Positions 1-6,333 of a stretch of DNA of 12,191 nucleotides are shown in pieces; within the stretch, counting starts at the first letter, position 1; every line of letters starts with the position of its first letter. Both the position numbers and the translations under genes were made by a program. The notes under the pieces are model-generated. The model ran no database searches. It was not told where the DNA came from and saw only the letters and a program-made list of their open reading frames with translations. The stretch comes from Candidatus Sumerlaeia bacterium (GTDB lineage: Bacteria > Sumerlaeota > Sumerlaeia > SLMS01): contig JBBQYG010000125.1 in NCBI GenBank assembly GCA_038208905.1, positions 1 to 12,191 on the forward strand, read 5' to 3'.

Positions 1-2
1 AC

Positions 3-248
3 CACGACGACAAGATCCTCGCGGTCCCCGTCAAGAACCCCTACTTTCGCAATTTCCACGACCTGATCGACGTGCCGCCGCACTTCCTGGACGAAGTGGC
101 CCACTTCTTCACGGTGTACAAGGACCTCGAAGGCTCCCGCACCCAGCCCCTCGGCTGGGAGCCCGTGGACGTGGCGCGCCGCCAGATCAAGCACGCGATC
201 CGGCTGTATCGCGAGTTGCGGCATCGGGAGACGCTGACGGGGGAGTGA
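3..248 (+). CDS. ppa: Family I soluble inorganic pyrophosphatase, C-terminal part (5' end outside the window)
   Basis: Manual translation from position 3: HDDKILAVPVKNPYFRNFHDLIDVPPHFLDEVAHFFTVYKDLEGSRTQPLGW...LTGE* (TGA 246-248). DxKILAVP and HFFxxYKDLE are family I PPase signatures. Missing from the ORF track because the start lies outside the window. Confidence 0.93.
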   Translation, partial: HDDKILAVPVKNPYFRNFHDLIDVPPHFLDEVAHFFTVYKDLEGSRTQPLGWEPVDVARRQIKHAIRLYRELRHRETLTGE

Positions 249-275
249 GCACACTCGAATACGGGGGCGCTTCGC

Positions 276-554
276 ATGTCATTCTACAAGCAGGTTAAGG
301 TCGGTCCCGAACTGCTGACGCCATCGGGCGAGAGCTGGATCGCCTACTACGCCTTCGCCTTCCTCACCATCGCCTCGCTCGGCGGGGGCTATTGGCTCCT
401 GCGGCGTAGCGAACTCACCGGACCCGACTACTTCCTCGGCCTCCTCGGCGTCCTGATCCTCACCGTGGCCTGCGCGGGCATCACGATCATGTGTCACCTG
501 ATGGGGCATCTGCTGGACGAGGTGGCGGAGTTGAGGAAGCGGGGAGGCGAGTAG
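276..554 (+). CDS. Small hypothetical membrane protein (92 aa, two predicted TM helices)
   Basis: ATG 27 nt after the ppa stop, with a G-rich RBS-like stretch upstream and GC3-rich codons. Two hydrophobic segments (WIAYYAFAFLTIASLGGGYWLL; YFLGLLGVLILTVACAGITIMCHLM) and a charged C-terminus. Confidence 0.75.
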   Translation: MSFYKQVKVGPELLTPSGESWIAYYAFAFLTIASLGGGYWLLRRSELTGPDYFLGLLGVLILTVACAGITIMCHLMGHLLDEVAELRKRGGE

Positions 555-580
555 GGACGGCGCCGAATCCCGCGTCCTGA

Positions 581-900
581 TCAGTCATCCACACTCAACC
601 CTTCAAGCCGGGCAACGAATCGACGGATCACCAGAACAATATATACGGCTGACTTCGGCATCGCGAGACGCTGAGGGGGATTAGATGCGGGCTGGAGGCT
701 TCTGGTGCAGCTCGGCGAAGCACCATTCGCTCCTCACAGTGGCACGGTCATCTTAACCATGCACGACCAGCCATCGGTTGCCGGAAAGGCTTTCGGGTGC
801 CGCTGCATGGGCGAGACGCACCATGCTACTGTGCTTCGCGATGGTGGTGGCGAGCGGACTGGACTCCGACACTACCCAGCTACGACATCCTGAAAAATGC
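581..900 (-). pseudogene. Possible decayed paralog of the adjacent multi-pass membrane protein
   Basis: Fragments in two different minus frames resemble the 919..1743 protein: PLATTIAKHSSMVRLAHAAAPE vs LLATPIPVHSYLHLFTAAPMR, and RRFVARLEGLSVDD* (stop at 581-583) vs ARFVAALPTIGEES*. No continuous ORF; boundaries approximate. Confidence 0.35.
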
Positions 901-918
901 CATGGAATACAAGCGGCG

Positions 919-1743
919 CTAACTTTCCTCGCCAATGGTCGGCAACGCCGCGACAAAGCGCGCGGCGCCCCGCTGGGCGAGCCGAGCCTTCATCCATCCC
1001 GTGGTCAGCAGGCCCGGACCGAATACAGCCAGAATTACGAGTGCTGAGACGATGGGGCCGCCCCCGTTCAAGGTATATACTATGATATATACCATCACGA
1101 TCGTTATGCCAATTCCAAAGCCTGTGAGGGTGGCGCAGATCAGAATCGCAGCGGCGATGCATCGTCCGAGGTGATAGGCGGAGGATGCCTTCTCCGTGAT
1201 CACGGGGAGAGAAAGCGCAAAGGCCAGCGCGATGCTGTTTCCGTGGAACCAGATCAAGATCGGAACTCCCGGCAGAGAGACCAACAGGAACTGGAGAATG
1301 TCATGCGACGACCAACGCTGTTGGCCGATGGGAAGGGAGAGAAGGAAGGAGATCAGCACGGTACCTGTTGTGACACCAAAAAAAATCCTCATCGGCGCGG
1401 CGGTGAAAAGATGCAGGTAGCTGTGCACGGGGATCGGTGTGGCCAAGAGACCAGCGATCATGTCCCTGCGTGATCGCAACCGGTTGGCGAGACGAAGCGC
1501 GTGGCCGAGCGTCACCGAAAACACAATCCAGTCGGTCAGGACGAATCCATAAAGGATATAGGCCGCTGGAGAGCTGCTCATGATCTGAAAGATCAGAACC
1601 GTCAGCAGGATCACCAGCGACGACACCCAAGACTGCCAGCGACGAAAGTCGACTGCAATTCGCTCCCGGATGAACTCGTCGTCGCTGGCGCCATTCTGGA
1701 GGCCTGCAAGACAACGGGATAAACAGCCGCGGGGGGTACTCAT
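919..1743 (-). CDS. Hypothetical multi-pass membrane protein (~274 aa, about 6 TM; ABC-2-permease-like topology possible)
   Basis: ORF 919..1785. ATG at 1743 is preferred because 1775-1800 is a terminator-like hairpin. Several long hydrophobic stretches and a cytoplasmic 'LLATPI' motif like those in ABC-2-type permease loops. Visibly more AT-rich than its neighbours. Confidence 0.7.
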   Translation of the reverse strand: MSTPRGCLSRCLAGLQNGASDDEFIRERIAVDFRRWQSWVSSLVILLTVLIFQIMSSSPAAYILYGFVLTDWIVFSVTLGHALRLANRLRSRRDMIAGLLATPIPVHSYLHLFTAAPMRIFFGVTTGTVLISFLLSLPIGQQRWSSHDILQFLLVSLPGVPILIWFHGNSIALAFALSLPVITEKASSAYHLGRCIAAAILICATLTGFGIGITIVMVYIIVYTLNGGGPIVSALVILAVFGPGLLTTGWMKARLAQRGAARFVAALPTIGEES

Positions 1744-1774
1744 GAGTCGCGCCTCAATCGCTGCCCAATACCAA

Positions 1775-1800
1775 CGGGCGCCCAATCATCCGGGCGCCCG
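1775..1800 (-). terminator. Putative intrinsic terminator downstream of rsmG
   Basis: Perfect 9-bp stem CGGGCGCCC/GGGCGCCCG with an 8-nt loop, 25 nt after the rsmG stop. Followed on the minus strand by TTGGTATT, a weak U-tract. Confidence 0.5.
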
Positions 1801-1825
1801 CTGCGTTGAATTGACAGGAACCGCC

Positions 1826-2572
1826 TTAGCGGCTGCCGCGGAGCGGACGCTTGGCGGGGATGCCTTCCTTGCGGGGGAAGCGGTCGGGCGTGAGGCCGAT
1901 CTTCTCGCTCCAGAGGGCGTGGCGGCGCGGGGCGCCGGGGCCGGCGAGGTAGGACTTGGCCTCGATGGAGCCGCCGCCGAGCTTGCCCAGGGCGAACTCC
2001 GCTTCCTTCACTTCGTCGGCGGGGTTGGCGCCCTTGAAGGTGAGGAAGTAGCCCTCGAGCGCGAGGAAGGGGAGGCAGAGCTCGAGGGAAATCGGAAGCG
2101 GCGCGAGGGCGCGGCTGGTGACGAGGTCGAAGCGCTCGCGCCACACCAACTCGTGGGCGTGGGCCTCGGCGCGGCCTTCCAGCATCTCGACGTTCTCAAG
2201 GCCCAGCTCCTCGGTGGCGTCGCGAAGGAACTCGATGCGCTTCTTCTGCGATTCGAGGAGGACGACCTTGGTGTTGGGCCAGAGGATCGCATAGACAAGG
2301 CCCGGGATTCCGGCGCCGCTGCCGACGTCGAGCAGCTCGCCCGGGGGCGTGCCGAGGTAGTCGCGGGGCGACGTCTCCAGCGGCGCAAGCGCGTCGCCGA
2401 TCACGTGCACGGCGATGTCGTTGGGGTCGCGGATGCCGGTCAGGTTGGCCTCGCGCGTTCTGAGGCGAAGGAGTTCGATGAAACGGGTGTACGATTCGAG
2501 GAGTGCGTCTTCGCGACCGCCCGCATAGGGCTCGATGATTTCCGCAAGGAACGACTGAAGCTGTTGAATCAT
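1826..2572 (-). CDS. rsmG: 16S rRNA m7G527 methyltransferase RsmG (GidB)
   Basis: Motifs NLTGI, H..D.L, LLDVGSGAGIPG (SAM binding), LLES..KRIEFL, GRAE, FDLVTSRA, KG, and C-terminal TP.RFPR..G.P.KRPL. Start MIQQL at 2572 overlaps the upstream stop (ATGA). Confidence 0.95.
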   Translation of the reverse strand: MIQQLQSFLAEIIEPYAGGREDALLESYTRFIELLRLRTREANLTGIRDPNDIAVHVIGDALAPLETSPRDYLGTPPGELLDVGSGAGIPGLVYAILWPNTKVVLLESQKKRIEFLRDATEELGLENVEMLEGRAEAHAHELVWRERFDLVTSRALAPLPISLELCLPFLALEGYFLTFKGANPADEVKEAEFALGKLGGGSIEAKSYLAGPGAPRRHALWSEKIGLTPDRFPRKEGIPAKRPLRGSR

Positions 2573-3285
2573 GGCGTAGACACCGGGGCAGGCTGGAGAC
2601 GCAACCGCACCTGCGCCGCCAGTCCCGCGAGTAGGATTTTGAAATTCAGCGTCGAGACTCCCGCGCGCCGTTCCTCGAAGAGGATCGGCACTTCCGCGAT
2701 GCGCGCATCGGCTGCGTACGCCGCGACGAGAACCTCCTGTACAATTGCCGGACCTGACGACCGCACCTTTGACCAGTCGATCCTCTCGAGCACCCACCGC
2801 CGGAAGACGCGGTACCCCGAGGTGCAATCCCTGACGGGAAGCCCCAGGAGGGTCCGGATGTAGGTATTCGCTAGGAACGTGATCAGGGTGCGCATTCCAT
2901 TCCTTCCCCGCTCTCCGCCGCCCTTTACAAGTCGGCTGCCGATAACGACATCGGCGCGCCGGGCGGCAACCAGCATCGGCCTGATATAGCGCGGGTGGTG
3001 GGACCAGTCGGCGTCCATCTCGACGATCAGGTCGCCCCCGAGTTCCAACGCCATCTTGAAACCGGCGACACCGGCGCTACCCCTCCCCCGCTCCGTGGTC
3101 CGATGGAGCAGGTGAACACGGGGGTTTCTCTCCGCCACGTCCTGCACCAGCCTCCACGTGCCGTCGGGGGAATTATCGTCGATCACCAGCACTTCCATGT
3201 ACCGAGAGGTCTTGAGCAAGCGATCAATCAGGGACAGGATGTTCTCCGACTCGTTGTACGTCGGAACGGTGGCGATGATCTTCAT
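2569..3285 (-). CDS. GT2 polyprenol-monophospho-sugar synthase (DPM1/Ppm1-like)
   Basis: MKIIATVPTYNE, IDDNSPDGT, EMDADWSHHP (DxD), VVIGSR, DCTSGYRVFRR and EVPILFEERRAGVS are typical of DPM1-like GT2 enzymes. Start placed at ATG 3285 from the family N-terminus. Sugar specificity is not determinable from sequence. Confidence 0.9.
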   Translation of the reverse strand: MKIIATVPTYNESENILSLIDRLLKTSRYMEVLVIDDNSPDGTWRLVQDVAERNPRVHLLHRTTERGRGSAGVAGFKMALELGGDLIVEMDADWSHHPRYIRPMLVAARRADVVIGSRLVKGGGERGRNGMRTLITFLANTYIRTLLGLPVRDCTSGYRVFRRWVLERIDWSKVRSSGPAIVQEVLVAAYAADARIAEVPILFEERRAGVSTLNFKILLAGLAAQVRLRLQPAPVSTP

Positions 3286-3440
3286 GGAGGACGGTATCGT
3301 GTTCCAGTGGGCGGGCTTGGAGACGCTTGGGAGGGGGCAAGACCTTTGCTCAACCACAAGCCCGGTGATAAAGACGCTCCCCCGATGTCTTTGCAAGGGG
3401 AAAGTTCAGAAAGCTATAAGAATCAAGGGGTTACGGGGAA

Positions 3441-3508
3441 AAGGCAGGGAGAAGCAGGAAAAGGCGGGTAGAAGCAGGGAGGGGCAGGGAACAGCAGGAA
3501 AAGCGGGA
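3441..3508 (+). repeat. Degenerate purine-rich tandem repeat, 10-bp period (consensus ~RRRGCAGGRA), 6-7 units
   Basis: In-register units: aaggcaggga / gaagcaggaa / aaggcgggta / gaagcaggga / ggggcaggga / acagcaggaa, then aagcggga with a 1-nt shift. Confidence 0.8.
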
Positions 3509-3566
3509 TCGGCGCGTGGGGCATAATCGCTGGGGGTAGGTGCTTCGGAAGGGAACGGCGTGGAGC

Positions 3567-3660
3567 CACCGTGTTCACGGAGGCCACGGGGACACAACCG
3601 AGCCGTCTCTCCGTTGCCGTTCTCCGCGTCCTCGGTGGGCTCCGTGGTGAACGCTGTTTT
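3567..3660. repeat. REP-like imperfect inverted-repeat element built from 9-mers (CACGGAGnn)
   Basis: Plus-strand 9-mers caccgtgtt / cacggaggc / cacggggac (3567-3593) face minus-strand 9-mers cacggagcc / caccgagga / cgcggagaa (3646-3620). gtgttcac (3571-3578) can pair with gtgaacgc (3647-3654), followed by tgtttt. Confidence 0.7.
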
Positions 3661-3699
3661 GTCACGGGGCCAGTTCGGCGCGGGGAAGTTGGGGTTACT

Positions 3700-3791
3700 C
3701 GCTTAGCGTAGAAAACCCCCCGCCCGCCCACGGAATCGACAATGTTGGCGAAAGAGGTCCCCAGTTGGGCCGCAGCGATGGTCTGCTTCAT
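3700..3791 (-). pseudogene. Possible truncated Phd/YefM-family antitoxin N-terminus
   Basis: GGAG RBS (3802-3799) 7 nt before ATG 3791, with TTGACT at 3847-3842. Reads MKQTIAAAQLGTSFANIVDSVGGRGVFY, resembling the Phd pattern M-x-T-I-x-A-x-(E/Q)-L-xxx-F-xx-I-(L/V)-D-x-V-xxx-G. The frame then runs as low-complexity sequence through the repeats to a stop at 3423. Confidence 0.4.
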
Positions 3792-3970
3792 GGGATTGCT
3801 CCAGCAAGCTGACCAAATCACGACATACTTCGGGGGCTGCCAGTCAAGCGGGCGATTGCGCAGGCCACCGCCCACCGCCGATTCCCTGTTGCCATCGCTG
3901 GGGCCGCTTCGGATCGTCGGGAGCCTCGCATTGGGGGCCCATTCCGGCGGTTCAGACGGGACGATCAAAA

Positions 3971-4708
3971 GTGACCAAGACGGCCATTGTTGTAGGAGCA
4001 TCCTCCGGCATTGGGGCCGAGCTATCCCGTCGGCTGGCGAGGGCGGGCTACCGTGTGGCGCTGGTGGCGCGGCGCGAGGAGGAGTTGCGCGCGGTGGCCG
4101 ACTCCATCAACAAGCGCCACAAGGACCGCGCGCTGGTCTTTGCCCACGACGTGACGAAGTTCGAGGAGGTCCCGGCGCTCTTCCAGAAGATCACCCACGA
4201 CTTGGGCGGGTTCGACTTGATCGTTTACTGCTCCGGCGCAATGCCGGCGGTGGCGGTGGACGAGTATAACTTTTCGAAGGACAAGCTGGTCTTCGACGTG
4301 AACGTGCTGGGCGCGATGGCGTGGCTGAACGAGGCGGCGATCCGGTGCGAGCGCCAGAACAGCGGCACCATCGTGGGGATCGGCTCTGTCGCCGGCGACC
4401 GCGGCCGCAAGGGGCAGCCGGTTTATTGCGCCAGCAAGGCCGCGCTGGAGACGTATCTGGAGGGCCTGCGCAACCGCTTCGGCAAGACGAAGGTCCGCGT
4501 GGTGACGATCAAGCCGGGGCCAGTCAGCACGCCGATGACGGAGGGGCTGAAGATGCCTTTCATGATCTCGGCGGAGAAGGCAGCGGAGGGCATCTACTGC
4601 GCCATTCGCAAGCGCCGGCGCGTCGCCTATGTGCCGATCATCTGGTGGCCGATCATGACGATCATCCGGTGCATTCCATCGATCCTCTTTCGGCGAACGA
4701 ATATATGA
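3971..4708 (+). CDS. Short-chain dehydrogenase/reductase, DprE2-like (putative polyprenylphosphoryl-2-keto-pentose reductase)
   Basis: GTG start. Rossmann motif VGASSGIG, ARR, catalytic S and YCASK. The segment SVAGDRGRKGQPVYCASKAA parallels DprE2 (VAGERVRRANFVYGSTKAG). IKPGPVSTPMT is present. Coupled to the next gene by an ATGA overlap. Confidence 0.88.
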   Translation: MTKTAIVVGASSGIGAELSRRLARAGYRVALVARREEELRAVADSINKRHKDRALVFAHDVTKFEEVPALFQKITHDLGGFDLIVYCSGAMPAVAVDEYNFSKDKLVFDVNVLGAMAWLNEAAIRCERQNSGTIVGIGSVAGDRGRKGQPVYCASKAALETYLEGLRNRFGKTKVRVVTIKPGPVSTPMTEGLKMPFMISAEKAAEGIYCAIRKRRRVAYVPIIWWPIMTIIRCIPSILFRRTNI

Positions 4709-6261
4709 CGCGACCCGGTCCCCGGCCCGTGAGGCTCCCGCGCAAGCCCGTCAAGGCGGCGGCCGCCGCCGCTACCCCACCATCGGATCTGTTGCCCCGC
4801 GACCGGCTGGAGTGGGTGGAGGCATGGGGGATGGCGTCGAAGTCCATGGCCCACGTCTATCGCCCCTCCCGCGCGGAGGGCATCGCCGAAGTCTTTGCCG
4901 CCGCTCGCCGACAAGGCCGGACTGTCGCCTTCAGGGGTGGCGGGCGAAGCTATGGCGACGCGTTCCAGAACGGGGAGGAGATCGTGCTCGATCTCTCCCG
5001 CATGAACCGCATCCTGGAATGGAATCCCCATACGGGAATTGTGAAGGTCGAGCCCGGCGTCCGCATCGTGGACCTTTGGCGCTACATCGTGGGCGATGGC
5101 TGGTGGCCACCGGTGGTCAGCGGCACGATGTTCACCACGATGGGCGGCTGCGCCTCCATGAACATCCACGGCAAGAACGCCTACACGGCGGGCCCCTTTG
5201 GCGACCACGTGCAGGAGTTCACGATCATGCTGCCGTCGGGCGAGGTCCGCACGGCGAACCGCAAGAACGATCCCCACCTCTTTCGCGGTGCCATCGGCGG
5301 CTTTGGAATGCTCGGCGCGTTCACCAGCCTGACGCTCAAGATGAAGCGCGTATATAGTGGCAGCGTGGAGGTTTACCCCCGCCGGGTTAACAACTTCCAC
5401 GAGATGGCTTCCGCCTTCGAAGAAAACGCGGAGTCGATGGACTACATGGTGGGCTGGGTGGATGGCTTTGCCCGGGGGAAGGGAAAGATCGGTCGCGGGG
5501 AGCTGCACTTTGCCCGGCAGCTCGATCCCGGCGAGGACATGGCGCCCGCCCAGACCCTTCGCGCGGAGAAGCAGGAAATCGCGGACGCCATCATGGGCAT
5601 CGTCCCGATGTCGATCCTTTGGCAATTCATGCGGCTCGTGGTCAACAACCCGGGGATGAAGTGCATCAACACGGCCAAGTATCTCGCCCAGCTCCGCCCC
5701 GGCGGCGGGAAGTCCTACCTCCAGACCCACGCCGCGTTCCACTTCCTGCTGGACTACGTTCCAAACTGGAAGAGGGCCTATGGCGCGGGCGGGCTGATCC
5801 AGTATCAGTCCTTCGTGCCCAGGCAACATGCCGTTCGCGTTTTCACCGAGCAAATGCGCCTTTCCCAAGCGCGCGGAATCGTTCCCTATCTTGGGGTCAC
5901 AAAGAAACACCTCCCCGACGAGTTCCTGATTTCCCACGGGGTCGATGGCTATTCGATGGCCCTGGATTATCCTGTGACAGACCGCAATCGCAAGACGCTC
6001 TGGAAACTGTGTCACGAGATGGACGAGATCGTTCTGGCCGCGGGGGGGCGGTTTTACTTCGCCAAGGACAGCACCATGCGCGAGGGGACGGCCCAACGCT
6101 ATTTGCCGAAGGAGAGCATTCAGGCTTTCGAGCGGCTGAAATCCACCTGCGATCCGGAGGGGTTGCTCTGCACCAACCTCTATCGGCGCATCTTTGGCTT
6201 ACAGGGGATGGTTGCCCAGGCGGGCGCGGAGCGCCCCGCCGCCATCGTGGAGCCCGCATAG
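4705..6261 (+). CDS. FAD-binding oxidoreductase, DprE1-like (vanillyl-alcohol oxidase fold; putative polyprenylphosphoryl-ribose 2'-oxidase)
   Basis: Start ATG 4705 overlaps the SDR stop. Motifs RGGGRSYGD, VEPGV, GWWPPVVSGT..TMGG...NIHGKN, GGFGMLG, YG..GLIQYQ, GYSMALDYP and GGRFYFAKDS match DprE1 (GRSYGD, IHGKN, LQYQ, GGRLYTAKDS). Confidence 0.9.
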   Translation: MTRPGPRPVRLPRKPVKAAAAAATPPSDLLPRDRLEWVEAWGMASKSMAHVYRPSRAEGIAEVFAAARRQGRTVAFRGGGRSYGDAFQNGEEIVLDLSRMNRILEWNPHTGIVKVEPGVRIVDLWRYIVGDGWWPPVVSGTMFTTMGGCASMNIHGKNAYTAGPFGDHVQEFTIMLPSGEVRTANRKNDPHLFRGAIGGFGMLGAFTSLTLKMKRVYSGSVEVYPRRVNNFHEMASAFEENAESMDYMVGWVDGFARGKGKIGRGELHFARQLDPGEDMAPAQTLRAEKQEIADAIMGIVPMSILWQFMRLVVNNPGMKCINTAKYLAQLRPGGGKSYLQTHAAFHFLLDYVPNWKRAYGAGGLIQYQSFVPRQHAVRVFTEQMRLSQARGIVPYLGVTKKHLPDEFLISHGVDGYSMALDYPVTDRNRKTLWKLCHEMDEIVLAAGGRFYFAKDSTMREGTAQRYLPKESIQAFERLKSTCDPEGLLCTNLYRRIFGLQGMVAQAGAERPAAIVEPA

Positions 6262-6333
6262 CCGTTCTTTGGGTTGATTTACGCCGCCCCCCCACCGCAG
6301 GCTCCCACCATCGCCAGAAAGCAGGCCGCCGCC

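Noticed and set aside
1072..1093. AT-rich inverted repeat GGTATATA-N6-TATATACC as an operator for the DtxR-like regulator
   Set aside because: It lies inside a coding region (VYIIVYT codons), far from any promoter, and does not resemble known DtxR/MntR boxes.
1670..2863. 397-aa plus-strand ORF
   Set aside because: Antisense shadow of rsmG and the GT2 gene. Long stop-free antisense frames are expected at this GC content, and it has no recognisable motifs.
3409..3436. CCGTAACCCCTTGATTCTTATAG (minus strand) as an att/dif-like recombination-site relic
   Set aside because: Only a vague resemblance to motifs seen near island borders. Dyad symmetry is poor, and there is no integrase, tRNA or second copy in the window.
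3441..3660. Repeats as a CRISPR array
   Set aside because: Units are 9-10 bp, degenerate and contiguous, with no unique spacers and no cas genes.
4321..4704. N-terminal extension of the 646-aa ORF that would suggest an SDR-oxidase overlap or fusion
   Set aside because: It is an alternative frame inside the SDR gene. The ATGA overlap at 4705-4708 gives a natural start, and no slippery frameshift site is evident.
4705..4800. Basic Pro/Ala-rich N-terminus of the DprE1-like protein as a Tat signal
   Set aside because: No twin-arginine motif and no real hydrophobic h-region; more likely a disordered extension.
4627..6096. 489-aa minus-strand ORF
   Set aside because: Antisense to the well-supported DprE1-like gene, with composition typical of a shadow frame.
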